From Lachnospiraceae bacterium (GTDB taxonomy: Bacteria > Bacillota > Clostridia > Lachnospirales > Lachnospiraceae): a stretch of 64,000 nt of DNA. The first letter of the stretch is position 1, and the number at the start of each line of letters is the position of its first letter. The position numbers and the translations under genes were made by a program. This document shows, piece by piece, positions 30,120 to 40,188 of this stretch. The notes below the pieces were generated by a model. The model was not told the DNA's origin and searched no databases. It saw only the letters and a list, made by a program, of their open reading frames with translations. The stretch is taken from the NCBI GenBank assembly GCA_024692825.1, contig JAILMB010000050.1:686-64685 (forward strand). The letters run 5' to 3'.

Positions 30120-31790
30120 ATGAAAAGTGATATCGAAATCGCACAGGAAGCGGTAATGCTTCCAATCACGGAAGTGGCAAAGACCATTGGTATTGAGGCA
30201 GATGATTTGGAATTGTACGGAAAGTACAAAGCGAAATTATCCCAGGAATTAATGGATAAGACCAAGAACAACAAAGATGGTAAGTTAGTCTTGGTAACAG
30301 CTATTAATCCAACCCCAGCAGGAGAAGGTAAAACAACAACTTCCGTTGGCTTGGGACAGGCTTTTGGGAAGATGAATAAAAAAGCCATTTTAGCTTTGCG
30401 TGAGCCTTCTTTAGGACCTTGTTTTGGTATTAAAGGTGGAGCTGCAGGTGGTGGATATGCACAGGTTGTACCTATGGAAGATTTAAATCTTCATTTTACC
30501 GGTGATTTTCATGCAATCACTTCAGCAAACAACTTATTGGCTGCACTTTTAGATAACCACATTCAACAGGGCAATGAACTTGGTATTGATCCAAGACAGG
30601 TAGTTTGGAAACGTTGCGAAGATATGAATGATCGTGCTCTTCGAAACGTGGTAGTTGGACTTGGAGCAAAAGCAGATGGAATGGTTCGTGAAGATCATTT
30701 CGTTATTACAGTTGCATCTGAAATCATGGCAATTTTCTGCCTGGCAACTGATTTAGATGATTTAAGAGAACGTCTTGGAAAGATTATTGTAGCTTACAAC
30801 TTCAAGGGTGAACCTGTTACGGCAAAGGATTTACAGGCAGTGGGAGCTATGATGGCACTGTTAAAGGATGCATTCGCACCTAACCTGATTCAAACCTTAG
30901 AGCATACACCTGCATTGATTCATGGTGGTCCTTTCGCAAATATTGCTCATGGATGTAACTCTGTGCGTGCTACAAAAGCTGCAATGAAATTAGCTGATAT
31001 CGTCGTAACAGAAGCTGGATTTGGTGCTGATTTAGGAGCGGAAAAGTTCTTTGATATTAAGTGCCGTATGTCAGGTCTTACTCCGGATGCTGTTGTACTT
31101 GTAGCTACAATCCGTGCACTAAAATACAATGGTGGAGTACCAAAGGATCAGTTGTCTGATGAAAATTTAGATGCTTTAAAGAAGGGCATTGTAAATCTTG
31201 AAAAGCATATTGAAAACTTACAAAAATACAATGTACCGATTGTTGTTACATTAAATTCCTTTGTGACAGATTCTGAGGCAGAAACGGATTTTGTTCGTAC
31301 ATTCTGTGAAGAAAGAGGATGTGAATTTGCTCTTTCTGAAGTTTGGGAAAAAGGTGGAGAAGGCGGAATAGCCTTAGCTGAAAAAGTCCTTGATGTTTTG
31401 GAAAACAAGGAATCACACTTTAAGCCATTATACGAAGACTCACTGAGCTTAAAGGAAAAGATAGAGTGTGTAGCAAAAGAAATCTATGGAGCAGATGGAG
31501 TGGAATATTCACCTGCTGCCCTTAGAAGCTTAGATAAATTAGAATCTCTTGGTATGGGAAATTGTCCAGTATGTATGGCAAAAACGCAGTATTCACTTTC
31601 AGATGATGCCAAGAAATTAGGAAGACCTGAGGGATTTCATGTTTCTGTTCGTGAAGTATATCCTTCAGCAGGAGCAGGATTTGTGGTTTGTGTCTTAGGT
31701 TCTATTATGACCATGCCTGGACTTCCAAAGTCACCTGCTGCCCATCGAATTGATGTGAATTCAGAGGGAGTTATTACTGGATTGTTTTAA
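30120..31790 (+). CDS. fhs: Formate--tetrahydrofolate ligase
   Basis: 556 aa. [10 protein letters not shown] motif and full-length FTHFS resemblance. Confidence 0.96.
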   Translation: MKSDIEIAQEAVMLPITEVAKTIGIEADDLELYGKYKAKLSQELMDKTKNNKDGKLVLVTAINPTPAGEGKTTTSVGLGQAFGKMNKKAILALREPSLGPCFGIKGGAAGGGYAQVVPMEDLNLHFTGDFHAITSANNLLAALLDNHIQQGNELGIDPRQVVWKRCEDMNDRALRNVVVGLGAKADGMVREDHFVITVASEIMAIFCLATDLDDLRERLGKIIVAYNFKGEPVTAKDLQAVGAMMALLKDAFAPNLIQTLEHTPALIHGGPFANIAHGCNSVRATKAAMKLADIVVTEAGFGADLGAEKFFDIKCRMSGLTPDAVVLVATIRALKYNGGVPKDQLSDENLDALKKGIVNLEKHIENLQKYNVPIVVTLNSFVTDSEAETDFVRTFCEERGCEFALSEVWEKGGEGGIALAEKVLDVLENKESHFKPLYEDSLSLKEKIECVAKEIYGADGVEYSPAALRSLDKLESLGMGNCPVCMAKTQYSLSDDAKKLGRPEGFHVSVREVYPSAGAGFVVCVLGSIMTMPGLPKSPAAHRIDVNSEGVITGLF

Positions 31791-31811
31791 TTAGTTTTAG
31801 GAGAGAAGTGT

Positions 31812-32906
31812 ATGAAATGTCCTTTTTGCAATAGTGAAATTGAAGAGGGAAGTTTGTATTGCAACCATTGCGGAAGTCCCATGCAAGTGGTGCCGGATTA
31901 TAACGTCCTTGAGGATGATGTACTTCCGTCTATGTTGGACAGTACAAAAAAGAAACCGGTTAATCCAGAAGAGAAAAAAGAAATCGAAAAACACCTTAAT
32001 AAGCGATGGATTATCATTGTTTCCATTTTATTAACTGCTATTTTAGGTGGTTTTATAGGGACTTTTATTTATACCCATTCCTTTTCTTATTACTGTAAAA
32101 AGGCAGAAACTTCTTACATACAAGAGGATTATACAATGGCCATTTCACTCTATGGGAATGCTCTAAAACAAAGGGAAACTGTTGAGGTCTATATAGGCCT
32201 TGGAAAAGCACAACAGGCCTTAGAGTATTACGATGAGGCGGAGCATTCCTATTTGAAGGCCTATGAACTAAATAATAAAAACGAAGAAGTGATTTTGTTA
32301 TTGTCCCTTCTCTATGAAGAGACAAATGACTATGAGGCTATGGAAGAGTTACTCTCCATGGATTTAACAAGCCAACAGCTTGAAATTGTAAATGAATATG
32401 CAATTTCAGGGCCAAAGTTTTCTCTGAAAAGTGGCACCTATACAGATGATATTGAAATTGCTATTACGGGAAAGAAAGGGTATGAGATTTATTACACCCT
32501 AGATGGAACGGAACCATCTTCTCACAATGGGGTGTTATATGAAGAACCGATTACCATTTCAAAACAGGGAACGACCATTGTCAGTGCTGTTTGCGTAAAT
32601 GAAAATGGAAAATATGGAGTTGTGTCAAAAGAAACCTATGAAATAACATATGTAGCTCCAAGCGCTCCTGCTCTTAGTCCTACAGGAGGACGTCTTACAA
32701 AGGAGACCTATGTTACCATTTCTTGCGATGTGGAAGATGGAGACATTTACTACACTTGGGATGGAACGGTTCCTACCACCAATTCCTCTCGATATACAGG
32801 ACCGATTTTGGTACCAGAAGGAAACAATGTTTTATCTGTTATTGTAATTGATAAACATGGAATGACTTCAAAAGTTGTGAAAGGAAATTATATTTATTAT
32901 CCGTAA
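31812..32906 (+). CDS. Zinc-ribbon / single-TM / TPR / 2x chitobiase-hexosaminidase-C-like beta-sandwich protein
   Basis: 364 aa. CPFC...CNHC zinc ribbon, TM helix (WIIIVSILLTAILGGFIGTFIY), TPR-like repeats, and two repeats of the ..IYYTLDGTEPS.. / ..IYYTWDGTVPT.. type. Confidence 0.6.
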   Translation: MKCPFCNSEIEEGSLYCNHCGSPMQVVPDYNVLEDDVLPSMLDSTKKKPVNPEEKKEIEKHLNKRWIIIVSILLTAILGGFIGTFIYTHSFSYYCKKAETSYIQEDYTMAISLYGNALKQRETVEVYIGLGKAQQALEYYDEAEHSYLKAYELNNKNEEVILLLSLLYEETNDYEAMEELLSMDLTSQQLEIVNEYAISGPKFSLKSGTYTDDIEIAITGKKGYEIYYTLDGTEPSSHNGVLYEEPITISKQGTTIVSAVCVNENGKYGVVSKETYEITYVAPSAPALSPTGGRLTKETYVTISCDVEDGDIYYTWDGTVPTTNSSRYTGPILVPEGNNVLSVIVIDKHGMTSKVVKGNYIYYP

Positions 32907-33385
32907 TGAAAACTACCATTGTTTGTGTTGGAAAAATAAAAGAAAAGTTTTATAGAGATGGAATTGCAGAGTATTCCAAACGACTTTCTAAATATACGAC
33001 CTTAAATATTGTTGAAGTGTCAGATGAAAAGACAAAGGAAAATCTCACAGACAATGAAAAGGATAAGATACTAGAAACGGAAGGAGAGAGGATTCTATCT
33101 AAGATTCCTGAATCTTCTTTTGTCATTACGCTGGATATAAAAGGCAAAAAATACGATTCCGTTGAATTCTCAAATTTTATAGAGAGTCAAATGAATCAGG
33201 GAAACAGTCATTTGGTTTTTGTAATCGGAGGCTCTCTTGGGTTATCCAAAGATGTAAAACAAAGGGCAAATGCGTCTATCAGCTTTTCCGATATGACTTT
33301 TCCACATCAACTTATGAGGGTGATTTTACTAGAACAGATTTATCGTGGATTTCGAATTATGAGAAATGAACCTTATCATAAATAG
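32906..33385 (+). CDS. rlmH: 23S rRNA (pseudouridine1915-N3)-methyltransferase
   Basis: 159 aa SPOUT family protein with VIGGSLGLS and the C-terminal EQIYRGFRI..NEPYHK. Confidence 0.93.
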   Translation: MKTTIVCVGKIKEKFYRDGIAEYSKRLSKYTTLNIVEVSDEKTKENLTDNEKDKILETEGERILSKIPESSFVITLDIKGKKYDSVEFSNFIESQMNQGNSHLVFVIGGSLGLSKDVKQRANASISFSDMTFPHQLMRVILLEQIYRGFRIMRNEPYHK

Positions 33386-33400
33386 CAGGGGAGAAACGCT

Positions 33401-34708
33401 ATGTATCGAATGTATGATTTAATAGAAAAGAAAAAGAACAACGAAGAACTCTCAAAAGAAGAGTTGCGTTTTATTGTAGAGGGATTTACGAATGGTTCTA
33501 TCCCGGACTATCAAATGTCAGCTTTTTTAATGGCAGTCTATTTTCAAGGAATGACAAAGCAGGAAACCTTTGAATTTACAATGGCCATGAAAGAATCCGG
33601 GGATGAGTTGGATCTATCTCAGATTTCCGGTGTGAAAGTTGACAAACACTCTACTGGTGGCGTGGGAGATAAAACCACTTTAGTGTTGGCCCCTATGATT
33701 GCTGCACTAAAGGTTCCTGTTGCAAAGATGTCTGGAAGAGGATTAGGTCATACAGGTGGTACCATTGATAAGTTAGAAGCCTTTCCGGAATTTATGACAT
33801 CTCTATCAGAAGAGAAATTTATTACAAATGTAAATACCTATAAAATCGCTGTAGCAGGTCAAACAAAAAATCTGGCTCCGGCAGATAAAAAAATATATGC
33901 CTTAAGGGATGCCACAGCCTGTGTCAATTCCATTCCTTTGATTGCCAGTTCCATTATGAGTAAAAAATTGGCTTCTGGCGCTGATGGAATTTGCTTAGAT
34001 GTCAAAGTCGGAAGTGGTGCCTTTATGAAAACCATTGAAGAGGCATCTCTTCTTGCAAACACCATGTTGGATATTGGGAAAGGGGCAGATAAACAGATTG
34101 TTTGTGTCCTTACTAATATGGATGAACCTTTGGGAAATGCAGTTGGAAATACCCTGGAGGTAATGGAAGCCATTGATGCATTACAGGGGAATGGACCAAA
34201 GGATTTAATGGAAGTGGTTTATACTCTAGGTAGTCAAATGCTACTTATGGCAAATGCCGCAGATAACGAAGAAAAAGCAAGGACATTATTGGAATCTACC
34301 ATATCAGATGGCTCTGCATTCCAAACCTTTTGCAAGTTTGTGGAAATTCAGGGTGGAAATCCAAAAGATTGCCTCCATATGAAGGATCTTTTAGATGTCA
34401 GCTACACAGAAGAAGTATACTTAGATTCGGATGGCTTTGTATCCTCCATTGATGCACAAAAAATCGGACACGCCTCCATGCTTATGGGCGGTGGAAGAGC
34501 AAATAAGGAAGATGTAATTGATTTAAGCGTAGGTGTTGTGCTTCATAAAAAAGTTGGAGATAGAATTTGTAAGGGAGACTCTATTGCAAGGGTTTATGGA
34601 AATGACAAAGACCGTTTAATGGCAGCTATAAATGAAGTAAAAGAAGCTTATTGCCTCACAAAGGATGAGGTAAAACCAAATAAAATGATACTAAATATAA
34701 TGAAGTAG
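33401..34708 (+). CDS. pdp: Pyrimidine-nucleoside phosphorylase
   Basis: 435 aa. DKHSTGGVGDKT and SGRGLGHTGGTIDKLE motifs. Confidence 0.93.
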   Translation: MYRMYDLIEKKKNNEELSKEELRFIVEGFTNGSIPDYQMSAFLMAVYFQGMTKQETFEFTMAMKESGDELDLSQISGVKVDKHSTGGVGDKTTLVLAPMIAALKVPVAKMSGRGLGHTGGTIDKLEAFPEFMTSLSEEKFITNVNTYKIAVAGQTKNLAPADKKIYALRDATACVNSIPLIASSIMSKKLASGADGICLDVKVGSGAFMKTIEEASLLANTMLDIGKGADKQIVCVLTNMDEPLGNAVGNTLEVMEAIDALQGNGPKDLMEVVYTLGSQMLLMANAADNEEKARTLLESTISDGSAFQTFCKFVEIQGGNPKDCLHMKDLLDVSYTEEVYLDSDGFVSSIDAQKIGHASMLMGGGRANKEDVIDLSVGVVLHKKVGDRICKGDSIARVYGNDKDRLMAAINEVKEAYCLTKDEVKPNKMILNIMK

Positions 34709-34718
34709 GGGAACTGTA

Positions 34719-35696
34719 TTGGAAAAAGAGATTTTAATGAATATTCCGGCTGAGCATTTGGAAAATTTGTTTGGCCAATTTGATCACAATATTAAAATTC
34801 TGGAAAATGGCTTAGGTGTTTCCACTGTAAATCGTGGTGATTCCGTGAAAATCATGGGTGAAGAAACAGCGGTAGAGGCTGCAAAAAATGTCATAAATGA
34901 ATTGATTCAATTATCCAAAAGAGGAAATACCATTTCAGAACAAAATGTTCGTTATGCCATGTCTGTTAAAGAAAATTTAGGGAACCATCCTTTAGTGAAG
35001 ATGGATGAGGATTTAATCTGTCATACTATTTCAGGAAAACCAGTAAAGCCTAAGACCTTAGGACAGAAAAAATATGTAGATGCCATTCGAAATAAGATGA
35101 TTGTCTTTGGCATGGGTCCGGCAGGAACAGGAAAGACTTATCTTGCAATGGCAATGGCAATTACTGCATTTCAGGCAGGTGAAGTCAGTCGTATTATTTT
35201 AACAAGACCAGCCATTGAAGCTGGGGAAAAGTTAGGATTTCTTCCGGGAGACTTACAAAGCAAGGTAGATCCTTACCTAAGACCTTTATATGATGCACTG
35301 TATCAAATTATGGGAGCGGAAAGTTTCCAAAGAAATATGGAAAAGGGCCTTATTGAAGTGGCTCCTCTTGCCTATATGAGAGGTCGAACCTTAGATAATG
35401 CTTTTATTATTTTGGATGAAGCACAAAATACCACACCGGCCCAAATGAAGATGTTTTTAACCCGTATAGGTTTTGGGTCTAAGGCAGTGATTACCGGTGA
35501 TGCGACACAAAAGGATTTGCCTGGGGGAAGCGTATCGGGATTAGATGTTGCATTAAAAGTATTAGCGAAGGTAGAGGACATTGGTATTTGTAAATTGACA
35601 GGAGATGATGTAGTAAGACATCCTTTAGTACAAAAGATTGTAAATGCCTATGAAAGCTATGAAAAGAATCAAAATAAAGGACGCAAAAAGAAATGA
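34719..35696 (+). CDS. phoH: PhoH family ATPase
   Basis: 325 aa (TTG start, with an alternative ATG 18 nt downstream). Walker A GPAGTGKT and FIILDEAQN. Confidence 0.93.
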   Translation: MEKEILMNIPAEHLENLFGQFDHNIKILENGLGVSTVNRGDSVKIMGEETAVEAAKNVINELIQLSKRGNTISEQNVRYAMSVKENLGNHPLVKMDEDLICHTISGKPVKPKTLGQKKYVDAIRNKMIVFGMGPAGTGKTYLAMAMAITAFQAGEVSRIILTRPAIEAGEKLGFLPGDLQSKVDPYLRPLYDALYQIMGAESFQRNMEKGLIEVAPLAYMRGRTLDNAFIILDEAQNTTPAQMKMFLTRIGFGSKAVITGDATQKDLPGGSVSGLDVALKVLAKVEDIGICKLTGDDVVRHPLVQKIVNAYESYEKNQNKGRKKK

Positions 35697-36880
35697 ATCT
35701 AGAAGAGAAAAAAATACCCCCAAAGAGATTCCTTTATCTTTTAGGAATGTTTTGGACCTCTGTTATCTGTGTCTTTATTTTGGCCTATGGAAAGAAACTA
35801 TTATTAGATCAGGCTCTTTGTCTTGTAACCTTGTTTAGTGCTTATTGGGTAGTAACCATTATTTCCATTATGCACCAGAGGCAGATTGGAAAATTTACTT
35901 ATAACGGAACCACGTATCGAAACCTGTTTATGGTTTCTTTAATCAGTTGGATTTTGATTATTGTAACATCTTATTTACCGGATTATTTCGGACCCATTTT
36001 ATTAATAGGATTTTTATTTGTTTCCGTATGCGAAAGCAGCTTATCCTTAGCTTCCTGCATTTTTATGGATTTGCTTTTTTGCTTTATAACAGGAAAGAAT
36101 AGTTATGTCTTGTATTGCTATTGCATTCTTTCTATTTTTGGAATCTTGTTTGCCTATTATTTAAAAGAACAAAAGCATGAAAAACGTATTATAAATTACT
36201 TTTTAATAGGATTGATTCAATTTGTAATACCTTGTATTTTTTATGATTTTTCCTACGGTAAGCTTGAGTTAAGTGCTATATTACAGTTTGTGGGACTTGC
36301 AGTTATTTATACCGTTATTATATACTTTGGTTTTGGGCTTCTTGTTTCTATGGATGAAAAAGAAGAAACAGTAGCTTATGAAACTTTTACGGATGATGAT
36401 TTTTCACTGTTACAGGATTTGAAGATGTTTTCCCAGGGAGAATATCTTCATGCAAAAAAAGTTTCCAAATTAGCAGGGGACTGCGCAAAGGAAATAGATG
36501 CAAATGAACTTTTATGCAGTTGCGCAGGATTGTACTACCACATCGGAATCTTAGATGGAGAGCCAATTATAGACAATGGAATTTCCATTGCTCAAAACAG
36601 ATGCCTTCCCTATCCTGTGGTAAAAATCATTAGCGAGTATGGTGGAATTTTAAATAAGCCTACTTCTCCAGAATCTGCCATAGTTCAGATTGTAGATTCT
36701 TTGGTATCAAAGGTAGAAGCCATTGGAGATACCATGGAGAGTTCCTGGAATCAGGAAATGCTTATTTATCAAACCTTTAATGAGTTTTCCAACGCAGGAA
36801 TGTATGATGAATCAGGTCTAACCATGAATCAGTTTTTAAAAATTCGTGATTGCCTCATTATAAAGGAGAATTTGCTATGA
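35693..36880 (+). CDS. PgpH/YqfF-like multi-TM protein with degenerate HD domain
   Basis: 395 aa. It has 7-8 TM helices and then an HD-domain-like region. Where PgpH-type proteins carry YHDIGK, this protein has YYHIGIL (nt 36533-36547). Where they carry the HHG motif, it has SEYGG (nt 36632-36646). It sits in the conserved phoH-X-ybeY position and has an ATGA overlap at both ends. Confidence 0.65.
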   Translation: MNLEEKKIPPKRFLYLLGMFWTSVICVFILAYGKKLLLDQALCLVTLFSAYWVVTIISIMHQRQIGKFTYNGTTYRNLFMVSLISWILIIVTSYLPDYFGPILLIGFLFVSVCESSLSLASCIFMDLLFCFITGKNSYVLYCYCILSIFGILFAYYLKEQKHEKRIINYFLIGLIQFVIPCIFYDFSYGKLELSAILQFVGLAVIYTVIIYFGFGLLVSMDEKEETVAYETFTDDDFSLLQDLKMFSQGEYLHAKKVSKLAGDCAKEIDANELLCSCAGLYYHIGILDGEPIIDNGISIAQNRCLPYPVVKIISEYGGILNKPTSPESAIVQIVDSLVSKVEAIGDTMESSWNQEMLIYQTFNEFSNAGMYDESGLTMNQFLKIRDCLIIKENLL

Positions 36881-37377
36881 CAATTGAAATTAGTGAAGAG
36901 GTATCAACATCATTTGATTTTGACATTGAAGAGATTGCTGCAAAGGTCATCAATGGAGTGTTAGATATAGAAAAATTTCCCTATGAAGCTTACGTTTCCT
37001 TAACTTTAGTTTCCGAAGAAGATATTAAAGAGATTAATCGAACCCAAAGGGATATGGACAAGGTAACGGATGTGTTGTCTTTTCCTATGATTCCATGGAC
37101 GTCAGCTGTAAATTACGAGGAATTGGATTCCTACAGTGATGTGTTTCATCCTGAAACAGGAGAAGCAATGCTTGGGGACATTGTTTTATGTGTTCCTAGA
37201 GTGATCAGCCAGGCAATGGAATATGGCCATTCGAATAAACGGGAATATGCTTTTTTGATTGCCCATAGTATGTTACATTTATTAGGTTATGATCATGAAG
37301 ATGAAAATGAACGTCTTGAAATGGAAGAACGTCAAAGAGAAATTTTAGAATATATTGGTATTACAAGGGAGGACTAA
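36877..37377 (+). CDS. ybeY: rRNA maturation endoribonuclease YbeY
   Basis: HSMLHLLGYDH zinc motif. The ATG at 36877 is preceded by AAAGGAGAA and overlaps the upstream stop (ATGA). The tracked ORF begins at 36850. Confidence 0.92.
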   Translation: MTIEISEEVSTSFDFDIEEIAAKVINGVLDIEKFPYEAYVSLTLVSEEDIKEINRTQRDMDKVTDVLSFPMIPWTSAVNYEELDSYSDVFHPETGEAMLGDIVLCVPRVISQAMEYGHSNKREYAFLIAHSMLHLLGYDHEDENERLEMEERQREILEYIGITRED

Positions 37378-37382
37378 TACAA

Positions 37383-38510
37383 ATGAAACTAGGTAAATTT
37401 AATTTATCAAAAAAACAACTTGGAATCATCATTGCTGCAATTGCAGTTATCGTTGTTCTTATTATTGTGATTGTTTCTGTTACAGGAAAGAAGAGCAATA
37501 ATGATCCAAAGGAAACAGCTGCTTCAGTTACAGAAGAGGAAGAAGTTGTGGATACCGGATTTACAAGTAAGTTAACCGGTGAAGATATGGCAGAGGAAAT
37601 TGCAAACAACAGACCAATTGCTGTAATGATAGAAAATACAGTAGATGCAATTCCTCAATATGGACTTAATTCTGCTGGTGTTGTTTATGAATGTCCAGTA
37701 GAAGGTGGATTAACAAGATTAATGGCAATCTTTGATAATTACTATGACTTAGAGCAGATTGGTAATGTTCGAAGCTGCCGTCCTTACTATGTATATTTCG
37801 CTAGAGAATTTGATGCTGTTTATGTTCATGTTGGCCAGAGTATTCATGGTGAAGTACTTTTAGCAACAGGAATTGTCGATGACTTAAATGCGTTAAAAGG
37901 TGCTGCAGCAAATATTACCTTCTTTAGAACATCTGAAAAGAAGGCACCTCATAACTGCTACGTATCTGCAGAGTCAGTTCTTGCCGGAATTGAAGCAGAA
38001 GGATATCGTACAACTTACGAAGATGGTTATACCGGTCATTATCAGTTTGCATCGAAGGATGCTCCTGAGACATTAGAAAGCGGAAGTGATTGTGCAGTTG
38101 TTTGCCCTTACTTCTTTAACAATGAACCTTACTTTATTTACAATGAGGAAACAGGTCTTTATGATCGTTATCAGTATGGAAAAGCTCAAACTGACGCTGT
38201 TGACGGAGAACAGATTTCCGTTAAGAATATTTTGTTCCAGACTTCTGCAACAGAGACCTCTCTCTTAGAAGAAACTCAGTACTTAAATATTCCTCTTGTT
38301 GGAAGTGGAGCAGGAAAGTACTTCACAAATGGAAAGATGATCGACGTTACATGGACAAAAGATTCTGATACTTCAGTTACCCATTATTATGATGCGTCAG
38401 GAAATGAAATCCAGTTAAACATCGGAAATACATGGGTTTGCTTAATCCAGTCTGAGTATATGGACAAGAATGAATACTATGCAACTGAGGAAGAATTTAA
38501 CAACCGTTAG
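37383..38510 (+). CDS. DUF3048 (YerB-like) domain-containing secreted/anchored protein
   Basis: 375 aa. N-terminal TM anchor and the family-typical RPIAVMIEN...PQYGL..AGVVYECPVEGGLTRLMAIF. Confidence 0.7.
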   Translation: MKLGKFNLSKKQLGIIIAAIAVIVVLIIVIVSVTGKKSNNDPKETAASVTEEEEVVDTGFTSKLTGEDMAEEIANNRPIAVMIENTVDAIPQYGLNSAGVVYECPVEGGLTRLMAIFDNYYDLEQIGNVRSCRPYYVYFAREFDAVYVHVGQSIHGEVLLATGIVDDLNALKGAAANITFFRTSEKKAPHNCYVSAESVLAGIEAEGYRTTYEDGYTGHYQFASKDAPETLESGSDCAVVCPYFFNNEPYFIYNEETGLYDRYQYGKAQTDAVDGEQISVKNILFQTSATETSLLEETQYLNIPLVGSGAGKYFTNGKMIDVTWTKDSDTSVTHYYDASGNEIQLNIGNTWVCLIQSEYMDKNEYYATEEEFNNR

Positions 38511-38521
38511 ATAGAATAACT

Positions 38522-40177
38522 ATGAGTAACAATAAAAATAACAACACAAATTTTTTGGTTCAAGGATCTATACTTGCAATCGCATCGATTATTAGCCGTA
38601 TTGTGGGACTTTTATACAGAGTCCCACTTACGGATATTATTGGTAAGACAGGAAATAATTATTACGGAACTGCTTTTGAAGTTTATAGTATTATTTTAAT
38701 TATTTCCTCATATAGTTTGCCGTTAGCTGTTTCAAAGCTAGTTGCGACCCGTATGGAAGCTGGACAGGTAAAAAATACCATGCGTGTGTTAAAGGGGGCA
38801 TTACTATTTGCAACATTTAGTGGTGGCCTGTTTATGGCAATTGTATTTTTTGGAGCTGACTTTTTTACGGGAATATTGCAAACTCCTTTAGCAAGTATTG
38901 CCTTGAGAGTTTTAGCGCCGGTTATTTTAATTGTTGCTGTTTTAGGTGTTTTCAGAGGGTTTTTCCAGGGCCTTCAAACTACCATGCCAAGTGCCATTTC
39001 ACAGATTATTGAGCAGATTATAAATGCAGTAGTATCAGTTGTTGCTGCTTATTTTCTTTTCGGATATGGAATGCGTATTGGCGGGGTATTAGGAGATTCC
39101 GAGGAATATGCTGCTGCCTATGGTGCGGCAGGTGGTACCCTTGGTACGGCAATAGGAGCATTAAGTGCTTTATTATTTATTCTCTTTATTTATTTTGTCT
39201 TTTACAAAAGATTTAAACGTAGAGTCATAAGGGATCATAAGCCCTATAAAGAATCCTATAAAACTATTTTTAAGATTCTTATTATGACTATTATTCCTGT
39301 GCTTTTAAGTACCACACTTTACAATATCAGTTCTATTTTAGATCAGGGTATATTTAAAAATATTGTAACCTTACAAGGCTATGACAAGAAGCTGATTTCT
39401 GAGTGGTGGGGCGTTTATACAGGACAGTATAAGGTTTTGATAAATGTACCGATTTCCATAGCCAGTGCCCTAGCAGCATCTTCGGTACCAACCCTTGCAG
39501 CTGCTTATCAAAGACAGGATCGCAAACAGATGCGAAGTCAGATTCACAGTGCTACTAGATTTATTATGATTATTGCCTTTCCTTGTACTATAGGGATGGC
39601 TGTTTTAGGTGGTCCTATTATGATGTTTTTATTTAACGATAGTGATCCTACCTCTGCAAAGATGATGACCTATGGTGCCATTGCAATTTTATTCTACTCC
39701 TTGTCTACCTTATCAAATGGGTTGTTACAGGGAATTAATCGATTGAAGATTCCGGTACAAAATGCGGCCATTGCTCTTGTATTACAGGCAATCTTTTTAA
39801 TTATTGCCTTAGAGGGATTTGATTTAAATGTATTTGCGGTGGTCTATGCAAATGCGTTCTATGCATTTTGCATGTGCGTCTTAAACCATATTGCAGTGGT
39901 TCGATATAGTGGAGTTCGTCAGAATATTCAAACTACCTATATTTTACCTTTTGTATCCTCTGTAATTATGGGAGTCATTGTTTTCCTGGTATACCAGGGT
40001 ATCCATTTTGTCACCCACAGCAATTCTATCGCTTGTGTGGTAGGTATTGTAGCCGGTGGATGTGCATATTTTATTATTATGCTTTTGGTAAAAGGAATCG
40101 GAAGAAAAGAACTTGCTCGTCTTCCTAAGGGAGATGTGTTGATTCATATTGCAGAAAGTTTACACCTGCTTTCATAA
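38522..40177 (+). CDS. MOP-superfamily flippase (SpoVB/MurJ/polysaccharide biosynthesis protein family)
   Basis: 551 aa with about 14 TM segments. The N-terminus (GSILAIASIISRIVGLLYRVPL) is typical of the family. Confidence 0.8.
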   Translation: MSNNKNNNTNFLVQGSILAIASIISRIVGLLYRVPLTDIIGKTGNNYYGTAFEVYSIILIISSYSLPLAVSKLVATRMEAGQVKNTMRVLKGALLFATFSGGLFMAIVFFGADFFTGILQTPLASIALRVLAPVILIVAVLGVFRGFFQGLQTTMPSAISQIIEQIINAVVSVVAAYFLFGYGMRIGGVLGDSEEYAAAYGAAGGTLGTAIGALSALLFILFIYFVFYKRFKRRVIRDHKPYKESYKTIFKILIMTIIPVLLSTTLYNISSILDQGIFKNIVTLQGYDKKLISEWWGVYTGQYKVLINVPISIASALAASSVPTLAAAYQRQDRKQMRSQIHSATRFIMIIAFPCTIGMAVLGGPIMMFLFNDSDPTSAKMMTYGAIAILFYSLSTLSNGLLQGINRLKIPVQNAAIALVLQAIFLIIALEGFDLNVFAVVYANAFYAFCMCVLNHIAVVRYSGVRQNIQTTYILPFVSSVIMGVIVFLVYQGIHFVTHSNSIACVVGIVAGGCAYFIIMLLVKGIGRKELARLPKGDVLIHIAESLHLLS

Positions 40178-40188
40178 AGGAGAACGCT

